A stretch of DNA of 63,121 nucleotides, filler included, from Octopus bimaculoides (lineage: Eukaryota), in NCBI RefSeq assembly GCF_001194135.2. It is 5 parts of 5 records of this genome, joined end to end, with 100 filler letters (N's around TTAATTAATTAA, not from the genome) between each part and the next. Parts side by side here need not be neighbours in the genome. Positions count along the whole stretch, not along the records: positions 1 to 22,590 come from NC_068985.1; positions 22,691 to 30,266 come from NC_068984.1; 3 more parts are not named here. One strand, written 5' to 3'. The position numbers and the translations under genes were made by a program. This document shows positions 12,660-24,502 of the stretch, piece by piece; position 1 is the first letter of the stretch; each line of letters opens with the position of its first letter. The notes below the pieces were generated by a model. The model did not search any database. It saw only the letters and a program-made list of their open reading frames with translations, and was not told the origin of the DNA.

Positions 12660-12918
12660 ATGACAGGATTCCACAAGGTGTCTGTCTAATGAATTTCACT
12701 AGCAAGACTTTGGTCACTCTGAGCCTATAATAAAAGATTCTTGTCTATAGGTGCAAGTTTGGCTGTGTGGTAAGAAGTTTACTTCCCAATCACATGGTTC
12801 TGAGTTCAGTTGCACTCTGTGATACCTTTGGCAAATATTTTCTACTATAGCCTCGGGCTGACCAAAGCCTTGTGAGTAGATTTGGTAGACAGAAACTGAA
12901 AGAAGCCTGTCTTATATA
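12660..12918. mobile_element. SINE family A: inverted fragment (12660-12750) abutting a forward 5' half (12750-12918)
   Basis: ggctgtgtggtaagaag...ctactatagcctcgggctgaccaaagccttgtgag matches 26115-26280. The left part matches its reverse complement. Confidence 0.75.
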
Positions 12919-12939
12919 CACCCAGAACCATATTAATAG

Positions 12940-13125
12940 CTTAGGAGTGAAATTTACAGCTGGATGCCCTTCCTAACACCAACCACTCAGCAGAGTGGAC
13001 TTAGTGTTTTTTATGTGGCACAAGCTCAGACGAGGCAAGTAGTACTTTTTACATGGCACAAGCACAGGCAAGGTCAGTTTTGACAAGGTTTTTACAGCTG
13101 GATGCCCTTCCGAACACCAACCACT
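12940..13125 (-). mobile_element. Repeat family C fragments
   Basis: cagctggatgcccttcc..acaccaaccact occurs twice, as in 14690-14740. Confidence 0.65.
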
Positions 13126-13134
13126 TATATATAC

Positions 13135-13193
<59 letters not shown>

Positions 13194-13319
13194 AAAGTTA
13201 AAATTATAATTATATTCAGGTATAAACCTTGTAGAATGCTGTGTACAGCACAGTACATCCACAGTTATTGTCTACCTGATGACATCCAGTAGCATATACA
13301 TCACTACTGATGATGAATA

Positions 13320-13366
<47 letters not shown>

Positions 13367-13649
13367 TTATGGTATATTCTGTTAAGAATGTAGTAGAGTA
13401 CAGTATAAAGCTCATCCTTCAGATTTCACTATGTGCTATCCAGTAGTAGTATTATAGATGCTTCGAGGTTTGTGTTTGGATTTCTATCATGTGTGAATAA
13501 ATTATTGAAAAAATTGGAGTCAACAAGAAGAAGTATGGTTGGGCATTTATTTTCAATCACATATGCAAGCCAGCTTGAATATGTGATTGAAAATAAATCT
13601 CTAACCGCACTCCTTCTTGTTGGACACCAATTTTTTCAGTTATACATAT

Positions 13650-13810
13650 CATCATCATCATCATCATCATTTAACGTCTGTTGGTGGACAGCATGGGGTG
13701 GACGGTTTGACTGAGGTCTGGAGAGATAGCGACTGCACCAAGCTCCAATCTGATCTGGCAATATTTCTACAGCTGAATATCCTTCCATAGGCAAGCTCAG
13801 CAAACCAACT
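13650..13810 (-). mobile_element. Repeat family C 3' end with (ATC)n tail
   Basis: (cat)n-ttaacgtc...gcatgggg...gctccaatctgatctggca..tttctacagctg. Confidence 0.75.
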
Positions 13811-14577
13811 TGCTTAGAGTGGAAGAAGCAGTAGTCAAAGAAGTCAGAAGAGTTGGAAGTAACAAACAAAACTGTTGATTCTAACCAAAATAAAAGAACT
13901 TTAAGTAAGAGGTGAATAAGCATTTATGGAATAACTAAACATTTCTTTAGGGAGTTGTTAGAGAGTTCTTTTATTTACCTCTGAAATGTGTTGGCTTCTT
14001 TTAGTAATCTCTTCTTTTATTCACCAGTCTAATGATTTGTTTTTTTATCTTTTTTTTGACTGAACTGTTGTTACTTCCAAATTCATGGTACCATTCCACA
14101 TTCTTCATGTTGCCAAGTTCACAATGATTATTTTTGCAGCAAATTCAAAACCTTCCACCTTACAATGACACCACTGTTTGCATTCACTAACTCACATTCA
14201 CCGTCGCATCAAACTGACTTATTTACTGACGCCAAACTTCCTTGACACCAAATACTGTGTCAACTGTTCCACATGAATTGCCCGACACCATCTCACACAT
14301 CAACTGCATGGCACTGGCTACTACATAAGACTGCTCATGTCTTTCTGTACATCACATGTCAATATTGCACATCATCTTTCGGCAGACTTCAAACCACCTG
14401 TTCAACACCATCGCCTCCTGTTCACATCGGCTAACTCACCACATGTTAACTAGTAGTCTTTATAATTCACCCACTCAGTAAAAAGCATACCAAAATCATG
14501 CTGCCTATGCTTTAAACAGTTATGTGACCAAAAATAATTATTTTTTCGTCTTCACTTGCAAAACCAGAAGACCATAT

Positions 14578-14782
14578 ATCATCATCATCATCATCATCGT
14601 TTAACGTCCGCTTTCCATGCTAGCATGGGTTGGACGATTTGACTGAGGACTGGTGAAACTGGATGGCAACACCAGGCTCCAGTCTAATTTGGCAGAGTTT
14701 CTACAGCTGGATGCCCTTCCTAACGCCAACCACTCAGAGAGTGTAGTGGGTGCTTTTACGTGTCACCCGCACGAAAACGGCC
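14578..14782 (-). mobile_element. Repeat family C 3' end with (ATC)n tail, running into a gap
   Basis: catcatcatcgtttaacgtccgctttccatgctagcatgggttggacg...ctacagctggatgcccttcc. Confidence 0.85.
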
Positions 14783-15286
14783 NNNNNNNNNNNNNNNNNN
14801 NNNNNNNNNNNNNNNNNNNNNNNNNNNNNNNNNNNNNNNNNNNNNNNNNNNNNNNNNNNNNNNNNNNNNNNNNNNNNNNNNNNNNNNNNNNNNNNNNNNN
14901 NNNNNNNNNNNNNNNNNNNNNNNNNNNNNNNNNNNNNNNNNNNNNNNNNNNNNNNNNNNNNNNNNNNNNNNNNNNNNNNNNNNNNNNNNNNNNNNNNNNN
15001 NNNNNNNNNNNNNNNNNNNNNNNNNNNNNNNNNNNNNNNNNNNNNNNNNNNNNNNNNNNNNNNNNNNNNNNNNNNNNNNNNNNNNNNNNNNNNNNNNNNN
15101 NNNNNNNNNNNNNNNNNNNNNNNNNNNNNNNNNNNNNNNNNNNNNNNNNNNNNNNNNNNNNNNNNNNNNNNNNNNNNNNNNNNNNNNNNNNNNNNNNNNN
15201 NNNNNNNNNNNNNNNNNNNNNNNNNNNNNNNNNNNNNNNNNNNNNNNNNNNNNNNNNNNNNNNNNNNNNNNNNNNNNNNNNNNNNN

Positions 15287-15321
<35 letters not shown>

Positions 15322-15333
15322 GTGTATATAAGG

Positions 15334-15475
15334 TGGGCTTTCACACAGTTTTTGTCTACTAAATTCCCTCATTAAGCATTGGTTGATTTGGGGCTATAGT
15401 CAAAGACACTTGCCCAAGATTCCAGGCAGTGGAACTGAACCTGAGACCAAATGGTTTCAAAGCAAGTTCCTTAAA
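15334..15475 (-). mobile_element. SINE family A 5' half
   Basis: Reverse complement of the head (gacacttgcccaag...ggaactgaacc), adjoining a (TA)n tract and a gap. Confidence 0.75.
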
Positions 15476-16229
15476 AAATAATCAGTAAGTCTTAAATATA
15501 TTCCATAAGTAATAATTTTAATGGATTACCAAAAAAAATAAATGAATAAATAAAATAAAAAAGACAGTAAAGATAGCCATTGTCTTAATCTTGACATTTC
15601 TGTGAGAAAGTATAAATCCTCCTCTTCTCAGCTAAACTATTAGAAATAGTTGTCAACAGAAGTATTTATTAAACAATTGAAAGACATATTTCACTAACTT
15701 TCTCTGATGAATAATTGATAATCAGGGATTATCTTCAATAGTGATTCTGTTAAGTAATTAACACAAACTAAATATTAGCCAAAAATTCATTTGTTAATCA
15801 TTAAACTTTATTTATTTATGTAGATATACTGCATTTGTTTAAGTCATTACAAGTAGTCACCGAATTGGAAAAAAAAAATTCAAGTATTTGACACAATTTC
15901 TTTACAAAAACCAAGACCACCAATGCTGAAGTCATATAAGAAGAGTGTTCTGCTACAGAAAAATACTTCAAGGTTTAAACATCTTAAAATAAATCTTGAT
16001 AAAGTGGACAAGTACAAGATAACAAGTTTGTTTTAAATTATTTTTCCAGCAGGGAAGTACAAACATGAGATTGAAAGCATTAGAAAAATACAGTTTGAAA
16101 ATATATTACAATGAATTATAGCATATGCAGGCAGAATAGCAGACAAAATAAATATTTTATGAAAGGGCAAAATGATCAGCATAATAAACTCTCTTCTCTT
16201 GGACGAAATTATATAATTAGACTGGTTTA

Positions 16230-16520
16230 TGCTATGATGTACATTATGATGTACACTGTGATATACTTTAAAATGTACTGTAAGATATAAATCATGATGC
16301 ACCTTATGTTCTGCACTATAATATATAGTAAGAAATACTATATGGTGTACACTATGATGTGTCATAAGATGTACTGTGTGATGTACACTATGACATACAC
16401 GATGATGTGTCACAAGGTGTACAGAAAAAAACTATCATTTGATGTACATTATGATGTACAGTTTGATGTACATTATGGTGAATAGTAAAATGTATGATGT
16501 ACACTATACTATGTTACACA
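16230..16520. repeat. Degenerate 12-bp minisatellite (tgatgtacacta/tgatgtacatta)
   Basis: Repeated tgatgtaca cores, which give the HHSV/HHNV pseudo-ORF 16033-16413. Confidence 0.75.
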
Positions 16521-16681
16521 GTATACATTCAATATGAGATGAACAGCGATATACATCAGATGTTCAACATGCGTAATGTCCCTAAACCATAAAAGTATCA
16601 GAATGTTGCGATTTCGCAAATGACAAAGATATTTGAATCAAAAGAATTGTTCATCATCAGATTTTTCCTCATTATACGTTC

Positions 16682-16687
16682 TTTATT
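16682..16687 (-). terminator. Candidate polyadenylation signal (AATAAA) of the SDR gene
   Basis: tttatt on the + strand about 85 nt downstream of the stop codon. The position is plausible but untested. Confidence 0.4.
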
Positions 16688-16772
16688 TGCATTCCAATTA
16701 TGATACTTTTTCTTTAGATAGTTTTTTAAAAATTACTTTCAAATTACTTAGTTAAAACTATCCCTAACTCCT

Positions 16773-16987
16773 TCATTTTGGGTTATATGCTGGTGTAAAC
16801 TCAAACCATTCAGTGAGAATACCTGCAATTGGTTCCCATAAGCAATAAGGTAGATGTGAGTAGAGAAAAGGTATCAAGCGTGATAGAAACCCCTTGTAGT
16901 AAATTTGTTTCGGTTCTGGTGAAAGCAGGCCATCTATCATTGCTTCAAACACCGGAGAGAAGTCACTGGATAACATGCTGTCAGTAT
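16773..16987 (-). CDS. SDR9C-like dehydrogenase, terminal coding exon
   Basis: Acceptor ttattttcag|at, phase 1. Encodes (H)TDSMLSSDFSPVFEAMIDGLLSPEPKQIYYKGFLSRLIPFLYSHLPYCLWE...NPK*, which fits the SDR9C C-terminal D.SPV..A..DAL.S..PK.RY pattern. Confidence 0.85.
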
Positions 16988-18199
16988 CTGAAAATAACCA
17001 AGACAAGATTTTAATGAAATCCTTCCTTCTCATTTATACAGTTTCTATTCTTTATAACTTTTACATTCATTCAACAACCACAATAACCATATTGTGACAA
17101 CAACTTTGCCTGTTTAATTTATTAACAATTTTTACTTTCTACAGCTAAGTACCTTACTGTTTGTTGAATACTCTTGGCTCTATAGGTACTTGATATGGAG
17201 ATAATTAAAACTGCCATGAGCAAATCCTTAAGTTGCTGCCTGTTGTTACTGCTACTACTACTGCTATTGATATTATTTCTCAAATGGTTTTTGCTGTTGT
17301 TACTCCTGCTGCTGCTGCTGCTGCTGTTACTGCAACTGTTATTGTTGTTGTTGGTGGTGGTGGTGTTATAGTTACTGCTATTGCTGTTGTTGTTGATGTT
17401 GCTGCATCTGAAAGCTTGACATTTAACTTATCATGAATAAGATGGTGTTCTTGAAAGTATATGATATCAATGTTGACATCTGCTCCAGTTGCTAATTCAG
17501 GCAGTTGGTTGATTGTATTTTAAGTGCAAACAAATTAAAGCTTGAGAGGATATCATGAAATGTTTACATTTCGTCTACATTTATTAGTGTTTTTCAGAGG
17601 TGGAGGCTGCTTGTTTTTGTTCTGTAGCTGATTTTTTGAACACAATGTTCTTCATGCTTGATGATAAAATGAGTAATATGGAATGAATGTTTAGGTAGAA
17701 TTAAAGTCATTCTAAATTCTTTGGTATCCAAATGACATCTGTGTTTACCATTTCTATAGATGTTATCAATCAGTTGAATTGATTTGACTCCATCTTCCAT
17801 CATCTAGTGGATTTCATTATTGATCATTGCTTAAATGATTCCTCTGCCAAAATTTTGCATCCATCATACTGCTTCTCAAAGTTTTTGGTAGGATTCTCAT
17901 TTAATCTTATCCCTCACTTCAAACCTGTCCAGCCTAGTTAGACCAGACAGGAGTAAAACTTCTATCATTATAGCACTTTAGGTCATAGTGATATGCAAGC
18001 CCCCACTACCACAATCAAGGTGTGAATTATTAATGGAGTAAACTGATAATTAATTAACCTGAATTCATAAATCCAGATCTGATGACCTGAAAGTTTCCCA
18101 TATGTCATTTTGAAATCTCAAATCATAAGTCAATATCATTTCATATTCTCAAACTCCATGCCAATATTTACTTAAACACAAGGCATTATTTACTTAAAT

Positions 18200-18400
18200 T
18201 CATGGTTTGGCAGAATCATTAGAACATCAGAAAAAATACTTTACAACATGTGTTCCAGTCCTTGATGTTCTGAGTTCACATCCTATCAAGGTTGACTTTG
18301 CCAGTCATCCTGCCGGAGTCAGTGAAATAAAGTGCTAGTCAAGTACTGGAGTCAATGTAATTGGTTAATCCCCACCCCCTGCAAAATTACTGGTCTTGTG
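18200..18400 (+). mobile_element. SINE family B (intronic)
   Basis: tggcagaatcattag...gttctgagttcac...aaggttgactttgcc...gtactggagtcaatgtaat. Confidence 0.75.
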
Positions 18401-18791
18401 TAATAATTACTCATGCACATAACAATGTTTCCTTAAACATGAGGCAATATTCACTTAAACACATGACAATATTTCATGAAAGCACAAACAAACAATTTCT
18501 ATATACGACGTTTTTTTAACTAAATATTTTTTCCTCAAGTTTCAAATAAGGAGGCTTACTAGACATTTTACCTTAAATTAGAGGAGCCAATATTTTTTAA
18601 TGGATCAGTATTCATTCACATCAATGTGATAAATGTTCTTCTGTATAATATTATTTGATTATGTTGAAATGGGGCTGCATTGCATAATAGCTTCTACTGA
18701 AGAAATATGATGGCAAAAATTCTTTCTAGTATCAAATATATAAAGTAATGTAAATATTTTTTTAAAAAGGCATAAAACATTTGATGCTCAC

Positions 18792-18899
18792 GTTTTGTGT
18801 TGATAAAAAATCCTTCTCTCCCAAAATCTTTCTGTACAATCTTTGGTGCTTGCTGCCACCATTTTTGAGCCATTTCAACTTTGTCATAAGAAATTATAC
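18792..18899 (-). CDS. SDR9C-like dehydrogenase, internal 108-nt exon (phase 1-1)
   Basis: Acceptor attactttcag|gt, donor c|gtgagc. Encodes (G)IISYDKVEMAQKWWQQAPKIVQKDFGREGFFINTK and joins both neighbours in frame. Confidence 0.85.
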
Positions 18900-19079
18900 C
18901 TGAAAGTAATAAATATTTTTAGAACTGATGAAACAATTGCAACTAGAAAATTTCTCAAAGGCTTCATATGTGACAATTTGGAGAAGACTGACACATGTGA
19001 CAATAAAACTCAAGAAAACAACAGATTTTTCAGAAAACAACAACATTCTTTATGTCAAATAATAACAATCTTATAATGC

Positions 19080-19275
19080 TTTCTACTATAGACACAAGGG
19101 CTGAAATTTTGTTTGAGAGAGAGAGCTGATCGATTACTAGAAACCGAGTGCTCATCTAGTGCTTATTTTATCAACTCTGAAAAGATGAAATGCAAAGTCA
19201 ACCTCAGCAAGATTTGAACTCAGAATGTAAGGCCGAAAGAAATGCTGCCAGCATTCTGCCAGTTCACCACCTTTA
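19080..19275 (-). mobile_element. SINE family B (intronic)
   Basis: gatgaaatgcaaagtcaacctcagcaagatttgaactcagaatg...cattctgccagttcacc. Confidence 0.8.
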
Positions 19276-19574
19276 ATAAATTTGTAACAATGTACAATTC
19301 AATTCAAGCTGTCAACCCTTTAACCACAAAATTAAATTTGATGGTTATTCCAGTAACTATAAAAAACAAAAAAAAAATAGAATTGGCATTTTTCACAAGT
19401 CACATTGCCTCAATAAGTTTGACATTTCAACAAAAATATAGCCTTAAGTATGACATTCTCCAACAAAAAATAGATTGTTATATAAAACTGCTTTCCACAG
19501 TTGAAATTTTGAGTCAATATACTTGATTTTTTGCAGTAATGGAGTTAGCATAATTACAAGTATAACTTTGTAAA

Positions 19575-19900
19575 GGTGCATGGCTTAATGGATAGGGTAT
19601 TTGGCTCAAAATCATAAGGCTGTGAGTTCAATTCCTGGCAGCATGTTATGCCCTTGAGCAAGACACTTTACTTCACTTTGCTCCAGTCCACTTAGCTGGC
19701 AAAATTGAGATATACCTGTAACTCAAAGGGCCAGCCTTGTCACATTCTGCGCCATGTTGAATCTCCCTGAGAACTATGTTAAGGGTACGCACGCATGTCT
19801 GTGGAGTGTTTGGCTATTTGTATATTAATTTCATGAGCAGGCTGTTCTGTTAATCAGATCAACTGGATCCCTTATCGTCACAATCGACAGGGTACCATTT
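19575..19900 (+). mobile_element. tRNA-derived SINE (family F)
   Basis: A-box tggcttaatggatag, B-box gagttcaattcc, then cccttgagcaagacacttt...gctccagtccact, shared with 24503-24835. Confidence 0.7.
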
Positions 19901-20125
19901 TTTTTTTTTTTTTTTTTTTTTTTTAGTTTTTAAGAATTACTTCAAATTTAACTAAAGTTGAAAATTTTGATATTCTGGAAAATCAAGATGACTGGGACAT
20001 CAAGTTTTGGCAGATGAAACTTGAAGTTCCAGTGAACTTGGCTTTCACAATAAATTAGATTCTTCACTCAGTGTAGAATCACACTATCAGTAAATACTTA
20101 GTTGGTATTGTTAAGAGTGCTTTAA

Positions 20126-20346
20126 CCCTTTAGCATTTAAACTGGCCACATCCAGCTAAAATATTCCACCTTTTTTTTGTTCAAACTGGTCAGATCTGGT
20201 CTCTCACACCTACCCCTATAATGTTATTCTAAAAACAAACAATCACATCATCAAAATCTCAAAGCTACAAGATAATTCATGGCTAATTTAAAATAATGTT
20301 AATAAATAAGCATTGTATTTGACAGAGTAGTAAGTATGCTAAAGGG
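20126..20346. mobile_element. piggyBac-type MITE
   Basis: TTAA at 20122-20125 and 20347-20350. Perfect 11-bp TIR ccctttagcat / atgctaaaggg with CCC...GGG termini. Confidence 0.85.
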
Positions 20347-20354
20347 TTAAAATC

Positions 20355-20500
20355 ATCATTTCTGCAATAGGCACAAGGCCTGAAATTTTGTAGGGATCTG
20401 GGCCAGTTGACTACATCAACTCCAGTACTCAACTGATATTTATTTTACTGATTATAAAAAGATGAAAGGCCAGGTTGATCTCAGAATGTAAAGCTTGAAC
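20355..20500 (-). mobile_element. SINE family B, 3' part
   Basis: gcacaaggcctgaaatttt...catcaactccagtactcaactgat...gatgaaaggccaggttgatc. Confidence 0.65.
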
Positions 20501-20642
20501 AAATACAATACTACTAATAATTTTATCACCTGAAGAGTATTATATTTTAGTACTGTAATATTTTATAAATATATTGAAATAACATTGTTTTATTGTATTA
20601 AATATTTTGATGTACTTTAGCTGATATATAACTAATGCTTAC

Positions 20643-20963
20643 CTGTTTTATAACCACTGGGCACAATTGTGGATACTTTCACTCCCCACTGCTCATTCTC
20701 AGCACGGAGAACTTCTGACAGCATGAAGAGAGCAGATTTTGAGCAACAGTAGGCACCCATCAAAGCTACTGGAGCTAAACCAGCATTACTGGATACATTT
20801 ACAATCCGACCTTGACTTCTGCGGAGTAAAGGTAAGAATTTGCGGCACAACAGGAATGGCCCTCGAAAGTTGACATCCATAATCTTAAGTGAATCATCTG
20901 TAGATATTATTTCTGAATTGCCTATGTAACATATTCCAGCATTGTTAACCAATCCCCACAAAG
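20643..20963 (-). CDS. SDR9C-like dehydrogenase, catalytic exon
   Basis: Acceptor ttttccag|ct, donor g|gtaagc; 321 nt. Encodes LWGLVNNAG, GRIVNVSS, YCCSK (YxxxK) and GVKVSTIVPSGYKT. Confidence 0.93.
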
Positions 20964-21091
20964 CTGGAAAAAGCAAAGATTGTAGAGTTAGCCAAAGAAG
21001 TGGGTATTCATAATTGTTGTTCTTTACATTGCAACAGAATTTCAATTTGTATCAATTTTATATTGGAATTTCAAACTTTCTTCAGTCTTAA

Positions 21092-21134
<43 letters not shown>

Positions 21135-22290
21135 TCTAATAGTAGCTACAGTGGGTATCAGTTACAATTGTGTGGCTNNNNNNNNNNCACCTTCTAATAG
21201 TAGCTACAGTGGGTATCAGTTACAATTGTGTAGCTGCTACATGTAAGTGAAGGCACATGGTCTTAGAATTAGATGAGACTATAAGAGTGGTAGCAGGGAA
21301 GCTTACTCAGTCTGTAATTGAAATCAATATGTTTAACAGAGTCTACACTGTTACAAGCAACTAAACAAGGTGTCTAGTTTTAGTATAGCTTACATTCTTC
21401 CACCAGCCAGGGTCAGAGGCTTCCAAAAGGGTCAGAAGCTTCCAAAAGGGTAATGAGCACTGCTCTTCATGTAGTTCCACTCTACTCAGCTGTAATGGGT
21501 ACCAGCTGAATATTGGTGCTTCCCTCTCTCCCTCCACCTGTCACATCCTGAATGTTTTGCTGTATCAAGTGTGAGGAGGCCAAGAGGGTGTTTATGTGTG
21601 TTTGCAACTACAAAGGCACCTAAAACAACTACTGAAAGCATGATACATGCTGTCATGCTATATCCACTTACAAATAATGACTGGTTGCACCACATGTAAC
21701 TAGACAAAACTTCTAAATAAATGCCTTATTAAATTTATAACTCATTAGTTTTAAGTTCAAATTCACTGGAAGTGTTTTGTTTCACAGGGCAGAACACTAT
21801 TATATTGAGTTGGTACTCTATTTCACAATTTTTAATATGTTAACACTAACTTTATCATCAGTTAACATTGTTCATTTATTCAGTTGTTTAATGTTTATTT
21901 TTCTGTGCTAGCTTGAAAGGGAACAGATTTTGAGGTAGAATTTTATAGCTAGGTGCTTTTCCTCTTACCAGCCCACATGTTGTTTTTTCATGTAAGAGAT
22001 AATTCTACTCTACAGGTCTTCAAAAGCACTCTGATTAAAGGGTACTTGGGAGGCCAAGATACTTGAGGGTCAATGGATTCTAAATTAGGGTAGATTACTC
22101 ACTCTATGATTGGAATTAATATATGTAGTAGAGCGTGCCCTGCCGTGAGCATTAAGTTATGGTTTATAGTCTAAGGTTAACATATACCCTTTCACCCACA
22201 AGCATCTGAAGCCTTCAAATGGGTCATAAGTACTGCTCTTTTTTATCCTCTAAAAAATTTAAGCAAAGAGAAAAGCCTTTCTATACTTAC

Positions 22291-22503
22291 ATTCTTCTCC
22301 TAAAATGTCTTTAACCTTTTCAAATGCATTCTCAACTTGGCTGCAATCTGAGACATCAAGCTGCAAGACATGAAGTCTGCTAGAACACTTTCTCTGCAAT
22401 GAATGGGCACCTTCACCATCTTTGTACAGACATCCTGCAAACACAATGAATCCCAGCTTGTCAAGTCTCACTGCTAGCCCATGGCCAAATCCCTGATCAC
22501 AAC
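22291..22503 (-). CDS. SDR9C-like dehydrogenase, cofactor-binding exon
   Basis: Acceptor ttctatcccttcag|gt, donor t|gtaagt; 213 nt. Encodes (G)CDQGFGHGLAVRLDKLGFIVFAGCL...RLHVLQLDVSD, the GCD.GFG signature of BDH1/RDH-like SDRs. The exact orthologue cannot be assigned. Confidence 0.93.
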
Positions 22504-23344
22504 CTGAAGGGATAGAAAAAAAATGTAATTGAATATCCATCTACAATAATATGTATATATTATACATATATATACATACATGCATATATANNNNNNNNNN
22601 NNNNNNNNNNNNNNNNNNNNNNNNNNNNNNNNNNTTAATTAATTAANNNNNNNNNNNNNNNNNNNNNNNNNNNNNNNNNNNNNNNNNNNNTCATTATCGT
22701 CACCATCATCATCACCACCACCACCATCACTACCACCACCACCACCACCACCACAACCACCACCACAACCACCACGACCATGACCACGACCACGACCACG
22801 ACGACCGCCACCACCACCACCTTACCCTTCCCCCACTAAGAGTACACCATTCATCAGATGCATTTTCGCCTCCTGACCAGCAAAGCTAACAACAGGTTCC
22901 ATATGATTTACTGCGGGTTAAAATTGGATCTGAGGGTGCAATTAGGTGGAGAATAGCATCTTCAAAGCCTCGCTTAGCAACAGCGTTAGCTTTTATCATC
23001 TCCACTGTAGAGGAGAGCACTTTGCTGGTGTGATAGTTGTCTGCTTCCAATCACATGCAGCTTTTTTTTAATGTTATTGTTGCTGTTGTTATTGTTGTCG
23101 ATGTTGATGTCAGTCAGTGCTTGATCTTCAGTCTAATAGAGTTCGCATTGAACATATAATGGCCGGCTGGCTGGCTGGTTGGCTGGTTGGTTGGTTGACA
23201 GGCTGGCTGGCTGGTGGCTGGCTCACACCCACTTGTCTGAGAAGATCCAGTGAAGAAGTCTTCATAGTGGTTTTCGACCTACTAGAAATAGCAGCTAAAT
23301 ATGCCTGTAATAACATTCTACTGTCTTTAAGAAAAAGTCTGAAG

Positions 23345-24000
23345 ATAGGCGAAGGAGTGGCTGTGTGGTAAGTAGATTGCTTGGGTTCAGTCCCACTGCA
23401 TGGCACCTTGGGCAAGTGTCTTCGACTATAGCCTCGGTCCAACCAAAGTCTTGTGAGTGGATTTGGTAGATGGAAACTGATAGAAGTCCATCGTATATAT
23501 GTATATATATATGTGTGTGTGTGTGTNNNNNNNNNNNNNNNNNNNNNNNNNNNNNNNNNNNNNNNNNNNNNNNNNNNNNNNNNNNNNNNNNNNNNNNNNN
23601 NNNNNNNNNNNNNNNNNNNNNNNNNNNNNNNNNNNNNNNNNNNNNNNNNNNNNNNNNNNNNNNNNNNNNNNNNNNNNNNNNNNNNNNNNNNNNNNNNNNN
23701 NNNNNNNNNNNNNNNNNNNNNNNNNNNNNNNNNNNNNNNNNNNNNNNNNNNNNGGCACATAAAAGGCACCAACTGAACATAGCTGATGCCAGTACCCACT
23801 GACATCAGAATAAAGAATAAAAGAATACCATCGTTTGACAACCGATGCTGGTGTGTTTACGTCCCCGTAACTTAGCGGTTCAGCAAAAGACACCGATGGA
23901 ATAAGTACTAGGCTTACAAAGGATAAGTCCTGGGTCGATTTGCTCGACTAAAGGTGGTGCTCCAGCATGGCCGCAGTCAAATGACTGAAATGAATAAAAG
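23345..24000 (+). mobile_element. SINE family A with central microsatellite and gap, interrupted by a family C piece
   Basis: Head at 23345-23495; tail ccatcgtttgacaaccgatgctgg...cagcatggccgcagtcaaatgactgaa at 23828-23995. Confidence 0.85.
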
Positions 24001-24004
24001 AGAA

Positions 24005-24440
24005 CTCCCTGACTGGCTCGCATGCCGGCGGCACATAAAAGGCACCAACTGAACATAGCTGATGCCAGTACCCACTGACATCAGAATAAAGAATAAAAGA
24101 ATATTTACACATATGTTGAGTCAAGTGAAATCATTGCCGTCGCCGATGACAGTACCACCTGACTGGTACCTGTGCCGGTGGCATGTAAAAGGCACCATTC
24201 AAGCATGGTCGATGCCAGTACCGCCTTACTGGCCCTTCATGCCGGTGGCACGCAAAAAGCACTCACTACACTCTCAGAGTGGTTGGAGTTAGGAAGGGCA
24301 TCCAGCTGTAGAAACTTTGCCAGATCAGATTGGATCCTGGTACAGCCTCCTGGCTTGCCAGTCCTCAGTCAAAATCGTCCAACCCATGCTAGCATGGAAA
24401 GTGGATGTTAAACGATGACGAAGACGACGACGATGATGAT
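24005..24440 (+). mobile_element. Repeat family C (long copy) ending in a (GAC/GAT)n tail
   Basis: ...ggaagggcatccagctgtagaaac...catgctagcatggaaagtggatgttaaacgatgacgaag. Confidence 0.8.
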
Positions 24441-24502
24441 GTTTTTATACACTTCCTAATAATATTTAATTATGCAAATATGATAGGATTTTTTTAAACA
24501 TT

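Noticed and set aside
21486-21707. ORF with a hydrophobic stretch and SGCD as the SDR first exon
   Set aside because: It lies inside the intron between the GEE and LWG exons, which is the wrong order, and has no fitting splice donor. The match is likely chance.
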